IMG/VR virus record: IMGVR_UViG_3300018080_000175
Span: 2,940 to 66,939 of that record
Length of the DNA stretch: 64,000 nucleotides
Origin: a virus
Direction: 5' to 3' (one strand)
Shown: one piece after another, positions 38,259-49,109 of the stretch
How the letters are laid out: each line of letters begins with the position of its first letter
How positions within the stretch are numbered: the first letter of the stretch is position 1
Made by a program: the position numbers and the translations under genes
Notes under the pieces: model-generated
Seen by the model: only the letters and a program-made list of their open reading frames with translations
Told to the model about the DNA's origin: nothing
The model's database searches: none

Positions 38259-38702
38259 TTATAACTCCTTACTCAAGACAAGTAACCTGCAAGAATAGCT
38301 GAAAGTCATAAATCCATTCTGAGCAAAAATAAGGTTTCTGAAATAATTAAAACCTCTTGGGTTTCTACTGAACTTAACTTTCCAGCATTCATAACCGTCT
38401 GTAAAATACCATTCACCGTCAACCACTTCATAAGCTGTTTGCAATGCTGTTACTGTTGCCTGGACAATTGCGTCCGTATCTTCAAAAAAGATAACTTCAT
38501 CCGTGACAGCAATACCTAAATCTTGAACTACTGTTCCACCAAAAGTCTTAATGATAGATCCTCTATCACTTTGAGCGGACGCCGGTTCGTATGTCCCATG
38601 ATGTGGATCCTGATCAAACACAATGTTTGTTGCTGGAGTAAAGCTATCAGGATCCAGCGTGGGTGCAATATCCGTTGAGTATATTCTAAATTTATCTGGC
38701 AT
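38259..38702 (-). CDS. distal tail protein (Dit-like)
   Basis: Immediately downstream of the tape measure gene; 147 aa. Confidence 0.55.
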   Translation of the reverse strand: MPDKFRIYSTDIAPTLDPDSFTPATNIVFDQDPHHGTYEPASAQSDRGSIIKTFGGTVVQDLGIAVTDEVIFFEDTDAIVQATVTALQTAYEVVDGEWYFTDGYECWKVKFSRNPRGFNYFRNLIFAQNGFMTFSYSCRLLVLSKEL

Positions 38703-41700
38703 AAACCAACCTCATCCTTTGTAATTCACTTGCCATTTGTTTAACGGCTGTTCTGGAGTTTCTGTCAGTGATTTTTACAGGAGCATCAACATTACCTGCC
38801 TGAAATCTGACAATCAAAGTTTCAGAAGGTCCACCCTGAGTAGAATCACTTCCCAAACTTACTGGCATTCCAACTTTTCCTCCTGTTTGAAATTTAGGTA
38901 ATGACATAGTATTCACACTATTCATGAAAGCATCACCATATTTTCGCACTGCTTCTTTTCTAATGAACCATTCGCCATCTTCTGCAAGAATTGGATTTCT
39001 ATCTCCACCGCCATATCCAGGTAATCTACCACCGGTCAACATACCGCTTGATTTTCTACCTTTAGTAACGTATCTTGTGGTAATGGTTATTGTTCTATTT
39101 CTTAATCTCTTTATAGATGCATAAAGAGCGTCCACTTTATCTTTACCAATTACTTTTGCAATAATGTCAAGGACCGTATTGTCAACCTGCTCAAGAAGAC
39201 TTTTTGTCCTCTCAATCTCAGCAGTGTCGATATCCATTTTCATCTCTTGCTCAATTATCGCTTGCGCTTCATCATACGCTTCCTGAGCGGCAACTGGAAC
39301 ATTTTCAAAAGAATCTGAGAAATCAATCTCATTTTGAGCATCAATAAACTCATCTACTTCCGCTTTTGCTCCCTCAAACTTATCATGAATAGCATCTTTT
39401 TCAAGCTCAATATTTTCTAATTCATTTTGATGACGTTCGTCCTCTTTCTGCATGATAAGATCTGCATCACCGCCATTGATCTCTCCGCCATCATCCAAAT
39501 AATTAAGGGCATTTTCAGCTATCTCAAGTTTTTTCTGCAATGCTCTGGTTTCAGTCTCAATATTCAACATCTCTTTGCGGTGACGTTCATCTTCTTGAGC
39601 TATGATTTTATCAATTGCTGTGGTAGCAGTTTCAACTTTTGAATCATATTCCTTTTTAGCATCGTCAATTTTCTTTTGAGCGGCGGCTTCTTCCTCTTGT
39701 CTGCGTTGGAGAAGTGCTTTCTCCTCAATATCAGCTTCAATGTTACGAGCTTTTGCCAATTCTTTAAAAGCATCTTCAAGAAATCCAACAGCTTTTCTTT
39801 GATTTTTAAGACCAGAACCAATGCTTTCAGCTTGCTTGATAAGATCTCGACCCCTTGCCAATGCTTGCTCATCCTGAGTTTTATCGGCATCAGCTAAGAG
39901 TTTTCTGCCTTCTTTAAGGTACTTATCTGCGGCGGCTTCGTCACTTCTTTCTTTGACTTTACCTTTAGCGCCTCTCAAACGGACTTGTCTTATCTTTTCT
40001 TCTGTATCAGATTCGAGCGATAATATGTCTGAATTCTCTTGTTTTCTGTTTTCAGCTATCTCAGCATCAATATCTTTTAATTTGCTCTTTAAGTCGTCAT
40101 GGATGCTCTCTATTTTGTCTGCATAGTCTTCTTCTATTGCTAAAAGTTTGACTTTTGCTTCTCTTGCGTCTTCCTCACGCTCATCAGAGTGCTTGGAACG
40201 CTCATTTCTAAGATCTGCATCCAGCTTTTTCAATTTTTCTGTTGAATCAGCCACTTCCTTATTATACTTAACCAAGGATTTGTGTCTTTCAGCATAAAAT
40301 TTTTCTTCTGATTGAAGAACAAATTTCTGTCTCTTTGCATATTCCTCAGGAGAATCAACCTTTGAAACTTGATCTCTGTATTTGACTGCCTCGATGTAAG
40401 ACCGTCTATAGAAATCCAAGGTGGACTGAAATTTTAATTCATTGGCACGATCAGAATCAATTGCACCACGTGCCTCAAGCAATGCTATTTGTTCCAGATG
40501 TTTTGAAAAAGAAGTTTCACGTTTTGCTAAATTCGCTTCATATTCTTTTTTCTGCTTTTCTGGATCAATCGCATAACCCTTGATCAGTTTCTTTTCTTTT
40601 TCCAAATATTCTCTGGTCGCATCTTCTTGATACTTGACACGTAATTTGGCATTGTTCTTATATTTGATTGCAATTTTATCAAGTTCTTTCTGGAGTTCAG
40701 AGCGTTCATGGATAATCAGTTTGATATTCTGTCCAGATGAGTTCTTGGAAATATTTTCTCTAACCTTAGCGGCATCTTTCAAAAGAGTTCTTTCACGGAT
40801 ATAATAATCTTTCCATGCTTGCTCTGTATCTGCACCAGCTTTGATTTCTGCCTCAGTTTCTTGTTTAAGCAAATCCAATCTATAAACAAGTTGCGCTTTC
40901 TGAGAATCGTTATCTCTTAATTGCTGTTCTTCACCTTCTTTAAAAACACCACCAAGTTTTTTATATTCGTCAATGAAATCAACCACAGCACCCTGTCCAT
41001 CCAATGCCCATTTTTCAATGATGTTGGAGAATGAACCGGTATTTGCGTTTTGAACATCCTTAAATTTCTGCAAAGTATTTTCAAGAATCCTACCTGTGAT
41101 TCCAGCTTCCTTAGCAACCTTTCTAAAGTTTTCTTCTGTATCATCAAGACCAATCTTATTGGTATCGACAAGGTACTTTAATAGTCTGTCAGATTGTTCG
41201 TTAAGCTGTTCATAACTACTGATAAGATCTTTTTGCTGATCATTCAAATTGGAATAATCTAAACCTTTTATATATTCACCAAGTTCTTTAACACTTACAG
41301 TTCCATCGGCGAATCGTGCGGCAAAAACAGTTGCTTGTAATGATGAATCCTCAAGAGCTTTGTGCGCTTCTCTATCAAATATTTTTGAAAGATTTTTTAT
41401 TCCTGTACCTGCTCTATTAATAAAACGACTCCAAGATCCGTTTGTCTTGGTTATTGATTTATCAACTTCGGCACTGGCCCGCACAAGTTTTTGATACTGA
41501 ACCTCATCCAGCTTTTTATTATAACTTTCTAAAGCGGTAGAACCTTCTTTTATTTCACCAGTTAAAGGATTGATTGCATCTGCGGCCGCTCTTGCTTCTG
41601 CGGAAACTTCAACATATTTATTGGCAGTTTTCAATAAATCCTGACGTAATTCAAGATTTGCCTCTTTCAACTTAATAGAACCAGCTTTTAAATCAGAAAT

Positions 41701-43644
41701 TTTAAGAACGTAATCCTCAAATTTCTTGGCAAGAGTACCAAAAGAGTCAGAACTTTTATTCATTTCTTCTGCTGTATCACTGACAGTATTGCTTAAAAGT
41801 AGATAAGCGGCAGTGACTATTCCCAGAATTATTGAAAGCGGACCTAATGCTGTTCGAATCGCAAACAACGCTCTGCCCATAACACCAAGAGCAGAATTTG
41901 ACATTGCTATACCTAACAGAAATTTTGAAAATCCAACTGCCGCCAATTGAGTTGACAATAATTTCAATACTCCTATCAAAGTCAATGTGGTAGCGGTTGC
42001 AATTCCAATTTTAACGATCCAATTACCTAAAGTAGTGTTGGTAAGATAAGTCAGTGTGTCAATCAATACCCTGCTGATATTGATAATTGCTCTCATTGCA
42101 TCAGCCAGACCAGCATCTCCAATGGCGATTGCAAGAATACCAAGCTTATCTTTTAAGTTCTTAAATGATACCCCAAGCCCTTCCATCTGTATTGCGGCCT
42201 GTCTTGCGGCAGTACCAGAACGTCCAACTGTTTGAAGCATTTCATCAAATCTGGACTCAGTGTTTGACAGTGCGAGGGCGGCGGAGGCTCCACGTTTTCC
42301 AAAGATATCAAATGCTACCTGAGCATCCTCAACAACCAATCCCAAATTCTGCATAACTTCGGAGAGACTTGTAGATCGAGGATCTAACTCATTTAAAGCA
42401 ACACCAGCTTCCTCAGCGGCCTTTTTCAATTTCTTAGATGGATCAATCAGTTCAGCAAAAACCCTCCTAAGTCCAGTACCAATGGTAGATGCTCTCAAAC
42501 CAGAGTTAGCAAGAGTACCCATTGATGCGGCCAATTCAGTGAATGATACACCAGAATCTCTTGCAATAGGACCAATATAGTTCATTGCAGTTCTGAGTTT
42601 ATCAATGGTAAGTTTTGATCTATTGACAGCATTGGCAAATACATCAGCAATCTCACCTGAACGAGTTGCGTCAATTTGAAATACTCTCATTGCAGTGGTA
42701 ACAAGATCCACTGTTGTTTTCATATCGGATAAAGTACCAGTAGCGAGATCGGAAACAGCCTGCATTGTTTCAACTGCTTCGGTTGCATTAAAACCAGCCT
42801 GTCCTATGGTTCTCATGCCCTCTGCTACTTCTGCGGCGGAAAATTTTGTCGTGGATGCTACTTCAAGAATCTTAACACCCATCTGAGCTACTTCAAGAGA
42901 AGTTGCTCCTGTGATCGCTTGCAAATCCTTCAAAGCCTGATCGTATTCAACGATGGCTGTAATTCCATCACCTAATGCTGTTTGTAATCTAACAAGAGCT
43001 TGCGAAATCAATCTGAATTGAAATACTGTGGAAACTTTATCTCCAAACGTTCTAATCTTCAATCCATTACGTTCGGCAGCATTTCCGGTTTCATCAAGTG
43101 CTTTTCTTATCTTAATAGTTGAGGTTGCCGCTTGACCAAACGCATTCCTCATGCTTCTCACATCAGCCGCAAACTTTCTGAATGCTGAGATATTACCCCG
43201 CTTATCAAGCTCGCCTAATGCAGTATTTAAAGCACGTATTTTGTTAACCACATTATTAACATTCATCTCAGTCAGTTTTTTGAAACCATTGACCAATGTT
43301 GTAATGCTTGGAAGTTTTATTTTTGCAAATTTCTTTAACTCTGTTACAAACGGACTGAGATTTGGGGGAGTCTCAATCTTGCTTATCTTATTAAAACCAT
43401 TTACAAGACTGTTTAGACTTGGAATTTTGATTTTATCGAGTTTTTGAAGACCCTCAATAACTGTGGTTAAATTAGTGGGGGCTTTAATTTTGTTTAAAGA
43501 AGCTTGCAGACCGTCAATGGAAGTTTTTGATTTGTCCACTGCGGTCTGCAAAGTCTTAAAGGCGGTAGCAAGTTTATCCAACTTGTTGAAATCAATCCCA
43601 ACGACCTTTAGAGCAATTTCTACGGTATTTTTTACATCAGCCAT
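38692..43644 (-). CDS. tape measure protein (TP901-type core)
   Basis: 1650 aa, helical and Ala-rich; TTKFSAAEVAEG..GQAGF..ADVFA..LANSGLRASTIGTGLR. Confidence 0.92.
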   Translation of the reverse strand: MADVKNTVEIALKVVGIDFNKLDKLATAFKTLQTAVDKSKTSIDGLQASLNKIKAPTNLTTVIEGLQKLDKIKIPSLNSLVNGFNKISKIETPPNLSPFVTELKKFAKIKLPSITTLVNGFKKLTEMNVNNVVNKIRALNTALGELDKRGNISAFRKFAADVRSMRNAFGQAATSTIKIRKALDETGNAAERNGLKIRTFGDKVSTVFQFRLISQALVRLQTALGDGITAIVEYDQALKDLQAITGATSLEVAQMGVKILEVASTTKFSAAEVAEGMRTIGQAGFNATEAVETMQAVSDLATGTLSDMKTTVDLVTTAMRVFQIDATRSGEIADVFANAVNRSKLTIDKLRTAMNYIGPIARDSGVSFTELAASMGTLANSGLRASTIGTGLRRVFAELIDPSKKLKKAAEEAGVALNELDPRSTSLSEVMQNLGLVVEDAQVAFDIFGKRGASAALALSNTESRFDEMLQTVGRSGTAARQAAIQMEGLGVSFKNLKDKLGILAIAIGDAGLADAMRAIINISRVLIDTLTYLTNTTLGNWIVKIGIATATTLTLIGVLKLLSTQLAAVGFSKFLLGIAMSNSALGVMGRALFAIRTALGPLSIILGIVTAAYLLLSNTVSDTAEEMNKSSDSFGTLAKKFEDYVLKISDLKAGSIKLKEANLELRQDLLKTANKYVEVSAEARAAADAINPLTGEIKEGSTALESYNKKLDEVQYQKLVRASAEVDKSITKTNGSWSRFINRAGTGIKNLSKIFDREAHKALEDSSLQATVFAARFADGTVSVKELGEYIKGLDYSNLNDQQKDLISSYEQLNEQSDRLLKYLVDTNKIGLDDTEENFRKVAKEAGITGRILENTLQKFKDVQNANTGSFSNIIEKWALDGQGAVVDFIDEYKKLGGVFKEGEEQQLRDNDSQKAQLVYRLDLLKQETEAEIKAGADTEQAWKDYYIRERTLLKDAAKVRENISKNSSGQNIKLIIHERSELQKELDKIAIKYKNNAKLRVKYQEDATREYLEKEKKLIKGYAIDPEKQKKEYEANLAKRETSFSKHLEQIALLEARGAIDSDRANELKFQSTLDFYRRSYIEAVKYRDQVSKVDSPEEYAKRQKFVLQSEEKFYAERHKSLVKYNKEVADSTEKLKKLDADLRNERSKHSDEREEDAREAKVKLLAIEEDYADKIESIHDDLKSKLKDIDAEIAENRKQENSDILSLESDTEEKIRQVRLRGAKGKVKERSDEAAADKYLKEGRKLLADADKTQDEQALARGRDLIKQAESIGSGLKNQRKAVGFLEDAFKELAKARNIEADIEEKALLQRRQEEEAAAQKKIDDAKKEYDSKVETATTAIDKIIAQEDERHRKEMLNIETETRALQKKLEIAENALNYLDDGGEINGGDADLIMQKEDERHQNELENIELEKDAIHDKFEGAKAEVDEFIDAQNEIDFSDSFENVPVAAQEAYDEAQAIIEQEMKMDIDTAEIERTKSLLEQVDNTVLDIIAKVIGKDKVDALYASIKRLRNRTITITTRYVTKGRKSSGMLTGGRLPGYGGGDRNPILAEDGEWFIRKEAVRKYGDAFMNSVNTMSLPKFQTGGKVGMPVSLGSDSTQGGPSETLIVRFQAGNVDAPVKITDRNSRTAVKQMASELQRMRLVYAR

Positions 43645-44403
43645 TATTTACTCCTGACATGAATGATTTAAGTCTGCTCCATTCCTTGTTTACTTCTTCT
43701 ACGGGTAGTTGGGGTTCTTCTATAGGCTTACCGCTCTCACCTAATACTTCTTTCAACCCTTCTTGTGAAAGGTTGTTTCCCATCCACATGTGGGAAATCT
43801 GTTCGAGTTTCTTTTCCTTCTGACCTATCACTATCGTTCTGAAAAATACACCTATTTCAGAAAGAGAATATTGTTTAATGCTTGACCAAGAATGCCCGTT
43901 TTCAACTAAAAGTTGAACTGCAAAGGCTATGTCTTTTTGATCTTCTTCAAGGGAGTTTTCGGTGCTTTTGGAATCTCTTTCTCTGCGTCTTCCGCTGGCA
44001 TCACTTCCATGAATTTCTTCGTCAAGCTGTTGAAGTTTTTTGCAAGTTCTTCCTTAGACTGCAAATTTACCTCAATGATCTTATTCACAAGAGAAACAAT
44101 GATTTCCAGTGGGAGAATCTTAATGCATTCGATTTCAAGATTGGCGGCTTCTTCCAGAATTTCAGGAAAATTGATAAGAATGACAGAAGCTATTTTAAAC
44201 ATAGAACCAGCTTCATTATAATTTTCCCATGTAACGCCTTCTTCCAATAGAGTTGAGCCAAAGCCCTTCATCTTTTTGGAAATTTCAGCAATTTGAGCGA
44301 GACTCAAAGGACGAATCATAATGGATTGTTCGCCAATTTCAAATGTTTCGCCTGGAAATAATTGATCGAGATCTAAGGAGAGTGTTTGTCTGGGTTTGTT
44401 CAT
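43637..44403 (-). CDS. tail assembly chaperone gpGT-like fusion made by -1 programmed frameshift
   Basis: Slippery A-AAA-AAC at 44041-44035; the -1 frame stays open to 43637 (..AVQLLVENGHSWSSIKQYSLSEIGVFF..). Confidence 0.8.
43927..44403 (-). CDS. tail assembly chaperone (gpG-like)
   Basis: Lies between the tail tube and TMP genes; AAGGA RBS before MNKPRQ. Confidence 0.8.
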   Translation of the reverse strand: MNKPRQTLSLDLDQLFPGETFEIGEQSIMIRPLSLAQIAEISKKMKGFGSTLLEEGVTWENYNEAGSMFKIASVILINFPEILEEAANLEIECIKILPLEIIVSLVNKIIEVNLQSKEELAKNFNSLTKKFMEVMPAEDAEKEIPKAPKTPLKKIKKT

Positions 44404-44435
44404 GGGTCTTTCCTTCTTTTTTTGTTCGTTGTTAA

Positions 44436-44477
44436 AAGTCTGGTGGGCTTTATTCTTTTGTGACACCCACCAGACTT
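44436..44477 (-). terminator. intrinsic terminator/attenuator after the major tail gene
   Basis: 12-bp perfect stem AAGTCTGGTGGG/CCCACCAGACTT ending in a short U run. Confidence 0.6.
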
Positions 44478-44506
44478 GGAGGTAAATCGGTTAAAATTAA
44501 ATCAGA

Positions 44507-45547
44507 TTATGTGGCAACCTGATCCATGATGATATCCATGTACGGAGACAGAGGATGATTGGTTTCATCTTTCAGGATTTCTCCAACAAAGCCGAGAGTT
44601 GACCAGTCATCGCCAATCATTGCAGTATCACCGGAAGGAGTCAGAGAAACAGACCATACTTCCAATTCCTGCTGATTACCAGCGGGGTTATCAGAAACAA
44701 ATCGAAGTTTACCAACGACCTGTGTATTTGCAAATGCTGAAATATTGGAATATGTCAGACCTGCGTACTGATAGGTGATATGCAATTCTTCACCCGCTGT
44801 AATAGAACCACCTGCAAGAATCTTCATCCGACCAATTGAATCATCACTCAGAGTGGTGTCAATTGAATAGTCAGTGCCAGCTACATAAGTAGTGGTGTCG
44901 GTCGAGTCCTGTACAAGGACAAGTGGAGTTCCAGTTGCAAGAGATCCGCCAGTTGCGGAGTTCACTTCTGCGGCGCCTGTTGCAGAACCAGTAAGGGCTT
45001 CATCATCTACAAAAGCGGTTGTGTTGGTACGTGCAATTGTCAATGTGCCGGAAGTAGCATCACCAGTTACAGCAAGAACAACACCAGTTGCTCCACCTGC
45101 GCCTGTGACAGTTTCACCAACAACGAACAGTGAATTATCTGCGGCAGAATCGTCATAGGGCAGAACCCAGCAAATGACTCCACGGAAGGCAAGGTCAATT
45201 CTGTTGTCGAGGATTGCAGGAGCATCAACCACTTCTGCAACAACTGAACCGGCAGTCTGTGTTACTGTGGTAATATCACCCAAGGTCAAAAGACCCAGAT
45301 TTTCTTTGTTTACTTCATCAAGTGTGAAAGCAAGTCCCGGTGTAATCTGAGAAATGATTTCTTTATCCTTTGCTTTCAAACCACCCCTGGAACTGTAATG
45401 TTCGAGTTTTTCAAGAGCAATATTGAAGGTAAAGGCGGGGGCATTCCCAAGATCTCTTTCTCCCTGATAAGCACCAGAGACAAGTTGATCGAAGAATACG
45501 ACACCTTTTCCTAAGGTATAATTGTCAGTATTCGGTGAAGTGGCCAT
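44507..45547 (-). CDS. major tail (tube) protein with inserted beta domains
   Basis: LGKGVVFF..RDLGNAPAFTF..LEHYSSRGGLKAKD..FTLDE..VSLTPSGD..DW; gene position. Confidence 0.85.
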   Translation of the reverse strand: MATSPNTDNYTLGKGVVFFDQLVSGAYQGERDLGNAPAFTFNIALEKLEHYSSRGGLKAKDKEIISQITPGLAFTLDEVNKENLGLLTLGDITTVTQTAGSVVAEVVDAPAILDNRIDLAFRGVICWVLPYDDSAADNSLFVVGETVTGAGGATGVVLAVTGDATSGTLTIARTNTTAFVDDEALTGSATGAAEVNSATGGSLATGTPLVLVQDSTDTTTYVAGTDYSIDTTLSDDSIGRMKILAGGSITAGEELHITYQYAGLTYSNISAFANTQVVGKLRFVSDNPAGNQQELEVWSVSLTPSGDTAMIGDDWSTLGFVGEILKDETNHPLSPYMDIIMDQVAT

Positions 45548-45603
45548 TTTAAGTCCTCCTAATTTGTGTTAATTTTATATTTTGTGGAATCCACGAATCG
45601 CAT

Positions 45604-46059
45604 TTATAAATTATCCGTATAAACCAAATCCAAAACCAAGCTCATTCCCAAGATATTTGGCAATCCGTACCCTGTAGGACCATCAGTTCTGTTCTCCTGA
45701 ATGAATCCAACTCTTCCTTTTGGTACTAACTTAGCATTGAAAACAGCAGGATCGGTACCTCTTTCAGTGAAGACAACTCTCCGCAAATCTTTAACGGCGG
45801 CTTTGATGTCAAAACTTTTTGCTGTGACAAGCTCCAACGTTACTTCTAAAGCTCGTCTTACAGGATATCCAGAATTGTTTTTGCTTGAGTGTTCAATAAT
45901 GTTATCAGTACCTTCCATCATGAATAAACATGGCATGTCTTCATCGTCAATTGGAACTGTTGGTGTTCGCTTAAAAGAAACCAATCCCAAATCAATATAA
46001 TTAGCTTTGATTCGTTCAAATAATTCCAATAAAGCATCTTCCCTATTATCGTAACTCAT
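45604..46059 (-). CDS. tail terminator/completion protein
   Basis: Synteny and size. Confidence 0.6.
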   Translation of the reverse strand: MSYDNREDALLELFERIKANYIDLGLVSFKRTPTVPIDDEDMPCLFMMEGTDNIIEHSSKNNSGYPVRRALEVTLELVTAKSFDIKAAVKDLRRVVFTERGTDPAVFNAKLVPKGRVGFIQENRTDGPTGYGLPNILGMSLVLDLVYTDNL

Positions 46060-46538
46060 ACAAATCCTTTTACAACTTCTTTTGCATATTCCTGTGTGAA
46101 CCTGTCAACAAACTTGGACAAAACTTGAGCAATTGGACCGCCTACAGTTTTATGATGTCCAGGGCTTAAACCACCAGCCCAAACTTTTCCACCGGTTGCT
46201 CTCAATTTTCCGGTACCCTTTTTGAATCTACCTGTTTTTTTATCTCTATGCGGATAATACCAGGGAGCTTTGCTTTGTTCTGCACCAAATGCCACAAACT
46301 GCCCATAATGTGGTGTAGCATTTGTAATCAAAAGCCCTGCTAATGTATTCTTGGATCCGAATCGAGGTCTAACCGCTTTCCAGTTGTCTCTAAATTCACC
46401 AGAGTCTACAGGAGAATGAGCTTTCAAAAGTGCCACTATTTTCTTGTCTTCTTTATTCATGAAACGAGTAGTGGTGGCTTTGATCTTTTCGCTCGAACTT
46501 TTTTTCAGGTTATCTATGATTTGTTTTAAACTTGCCAT
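46056..46538 (-). CDS. neck protein (HK97 gp10-like)
   Basis: SPVDSGEFRDNW..NATPHYGQFVAFG. Confidence 0.7.
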   Translation of the reverse strand: MASLKQIIDNLKKSSSEKIKATTTRFMNKEDKKIVALLKAHSPVDSGEFRDNWKAVRPRFGSKNTLAGLLITNATPHYGQFVAFGAEQSKAPWYYPHRDKKTGRFKKGTGKLRATGGKVWAGGLSPGHHKTVGGPIAQVLSKFVDRFTQEYAKEVVKGFV

Positions 46539-46539
46539 A

Positions 46540-46902
46540 TCAAACCTTTCTTAAAAGCAGAGTATAGATTACATCCATTGGATCAAGCTCATGCCCTTCT
46601 ACGGTATATTTATCAGTACCAAAAAGAACATGTCCTTTGGTGGTCATTTCACAATTAATTAAATCAACTGACGGCATCAAACCCTTTATGTCCTTGGGCT
46701 GAATTGAGGAGGCAAAACTTAAAAGATCAAGATCTTTGGCTGTAAACTTCTCAAAAATGCATCTAATATCGTCTGAGACTGTACTTGGATCGTCAAAGCC
46801 GTTGTCTGTCACTACATTGAATGTCCCGACATGCACAGCCTCTTCAAACGTCTTAAATATAGTCTCAATGCCGTTTAAAAATGTCTTTCTGAGATTTGCC
46901 AT
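46540..46902 (-). CDS. head closure protein
   Basis: Synteny; C-terminal DP..IYTLLLRK. Confidence 0.65.
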   Translation of the reverse strand: MANLRKTFLNGIETIFKTFEEAVHVGTFNVVTDNGFDDPSTVSDDIRCIFEKFTAKDLDLLSFASSIQPKDIKGLMPSVDLINCEMTTKGHVLFGTDKYTVEGHELDPMDVIYTLLLRKV

Positions 46903-46903
46903 T

Positions 46904-47410
46904 TTACGCTCTCAACAATCGCACCACACCACCTGAATTATACAAATCTTTTAAGATCTGAAACACATGGGAAGGTACTGGTTTTGCATTCGTTTGATTT
47001 GGTTTTTCTGCTCCAGCTTTTATCATAAGCGAACCAGCCTGGAGTTGTCCGATTCCGGCTAAGGGATCGTCATCCATTCTATCAGCTTCAATATTAGATA
47101 GAGCCTGCTCAAAAACAGCAGTTTTTACCTCTGGCGGCAGAACGTCAATGTCAATTTCAGTTCCGTCTGGTCTAATGACTTCTTTTCTGGGCCAAAGCAT
47201 GAATTGGGTGGTAGTCGCTCTCACACCTTTCCATTTTACATGCCAGTCCAACATCTGAGAGGACGTAATCAAAAGACCTTCTTTGACTGCATCATCTGTC
47301 AACGCTGTCCAAGCGGACGAATGCATACGATCTGCAAAGTATGCATCCGCCTCAGCCTGGGTAACGTAGGAGTTGGCATCGCTGGCACCTAATGTTGCAT
47401 TTAAGGCCAT
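46904..47410 (-). CDS. head-tail adaptor
   Basis: ANSYVTQAEADAYF..WKG..Q...WPR..PPEVKTA. Confidence 0.78.
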   Translation of the reverse strand: MALNATLGASDANSYVTQAEADAYFADRMHSSAWTALTDDAVKEGLLITSSQMLDWHVKWKGVRATTTQFMLWPRKEVIRPDGTEIDIDVLPPEVKTAVFEQALSNIEADRMDDDPLAGIGQLQAGSLMIKAGAEKPNQTNAKPVPSHVFQILKDLYNSGGVVRLLRA

Positions 47411-47424
47411 TGGTTATATCTCCC

Positions 47425-47700
47425 TTATTTATTCTTCTTTAAGGGTTTGTTAAGTTTCGCTTTTTTAGCAGATTTCGGTTTTTCAGCTTTTTTTGCTTCC
47501 TCAGCTTCAAGAGCCGCCTGAGCTTCCGCTTCCTCAGCTTCCAGTTCAGCAAGTTCTTCCGCTTCCTGAGCTTCTAATTCAGCTTTCGCTTTCGCTTCCT
47601 CTGCCACTTCATCAGTTCTGCTCCATCCGGCATCAAGACAAATATCCAATTGATCTTTGTCTACCATCTGCATACATTTGCCGTCTTTATAAAGCTTCAT
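47425..47700 (-). CDS. small Glu/Ala/Lys-rich head-associated protein
   Basis: AAGGAG RBS before MKLYKDG; low-complexity C-terminus. Confidence 0.6.
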   Translation of the reverse strand: MKLYKDGKCMQMVDKDQLDICLDAGWSRTDEVAEEAKAKAELEAQEAEELAELEAEEAEAQAALEAEEAKKAEKPKSAKKAKLNKPLKKNK

Positions 47701-47752
47701 ATCAAGTAATCTCCTTTTTCTGAAAATTGTCATTATTCAGAAGTTAATGGTC

Positions 47753-48913
47753 TTAGGCGGTTTTATCACCTACCAAAGTAATACGTCTGGGATCGAGACA
47801 AAAAGATCCGGCCAGAAGATCAAGAGACATGGTGGTTTTCTTGGAACTGATGTCATAACCTTTAACGATACGAATGCTGACACCGTTATTGTATGCGGTT
47901 GCGGCAACTTTGTCTTCCGGAATGTCAAGCATTGGGAAGGCAACTGCAAGAGATCTATCATCAAAAATTGCACCGTGATGCTGAACGTCTTTGCCAGAAG
48001 CAAGTACGGTTACGGCGGCACCATCAGGAATAATTTCAGTGATAGGATCAATCAATACAACCTCAGTTGTTGCGGTAGCATCTGCAACGGCAGTTTTGAC
48101 TTTCAGAGGACGTTTAACGCCAGCAATAGCGAGTCTGTCACCTGCTACAAGAGTCAGTGCAGAGCCAGCGGCATCAATTGAAAGAACTGAATCACCGATG
48201 AGGTTTTCAGTACCGGAGTTATTATCAGTTGTGGTTACGAGAGTACCAACTGTTGCGGCGGCTGCTTCTGTCGGGAATGCAATACTGGAATAAAAATCCA
48301 TACCCATTACACGACCCATATCAGCGTTACGGAGAGTCATTTCACCGTCACCGCCACGAGTCTGAGACTGGTTAAACCAGGTCTGGCCCAGGAGAGTCGC
48401 TTCAAGATCGAGATCGACCAGACAGAAACGATTCATTGCCAACTGTTGCAAAATTGCGGTTTTACGAGCAAGAGCAATATCAGCGGCAGTTTCAAACAAT
48501 GCGGTGCTGTAATAAGCGCCAGCGGCTTCAAGAATCTTGGTACCAACATAGGCATCAACTTTTTCAGCCAGTTTGTAAGTTGCAGGACGAATGACCTGAT
48601 CAACAAAAGAATCCAGATCCAATGCCTGTTCTCTTGCGGTCACTTCTACGGAAATATCGAAATGTTTTTCGATACTCATGGGACGGGTGGATGAACTGAT
48701 GGACTGAGTACTGATGGAAGATGAAAATTCATCAACTTCGTATTCACCATGAGTTCTAAAAGATACCGTGTCACCGACTTTCCAGCCGTTTGCGGTATTG
48801 GTAAAATCGCTTGTTTTGTCTTTGGCACAGAGAGGAGCAATTACAAGTGCGTCCTCCAGATGTGTTAAGGCTTCCATTGCAATTACTGAGGGATGATCCC
48901 AAATATTTGCCAT
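47753..48913 (-). CDS. major capsid protein (P22 coat-like, with insertion domain)
   Basis: MAN..VIAMEAL..KVGDTV..LAEKVD..GRVMGMDFY..SIRIV..SLDLLAG; AGGAGG RBS. Confidence 0.9.
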   Translation of the reverse strand: MANIWDHPSVIAMEALTHLEDALVIAPLCAKDKTSDFTNTANGWKVGDTVSFRTHGEYEVDEFSSSISTQSISSSTRPMSIEKHFDISVEVTAREQALDLDSFVDQVIRPATYKLAEKVDAYVGTKILEAAGAYYSTALFETAADIALARKTAILQQLAMNRFCLVDLDLEATLLGQTWFNQSQTRGGDGEMTLRNADMGRVMGMDFYSSIAFPTEAAAATVGTLVTTTDNNSGTENLIGDSVLSIDAAGSALTLVAGDRLAIAGVKRPLKVKTAVADATATTEVVLIDPITEIIPDGAAVTVLASGKDVQHHGAIFDDRSLAVAFPMLDIPEDKVAATAYNNGVSIRIVKGYDISSKKTTMSLDLLAGSFCLDPRRITLVGDKTA

Positions 48914-49061
48914 TTTAAACTCCTCCTATAAGATTAATTATATTTTCACCGGATGTGAAAAAGGGCCGGTGAAACTTTACTAAAACTCTTAATAATGTTT
49001 TCCGACCCCCAAGGTCTTCAAAACGGCGTTTCCCAGAAACACCTTATACTATTTTTACTAC

Positions 49062-49090
49062 ATATTAAAAAAATAAAATCAGGATGTCAA
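49062..49090 (-). promoter_or_regulatory. sigma70-type promoter upstream of the capsid gene
   Basis: TTGACA-N17-TAATAT on the minus strand. Confidence 0.6.
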
Positions 49091-49109
49091 GTAATTTAAA
49101 GGATTAAAT

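Noticed and set aside
44507-46059. Contractile tail (myovirus) module
   Set aside because: No sheath or baseplate wedge genes; the order terminator, tube, chaperone, TMP, Dit, hub is siphovirus-like.
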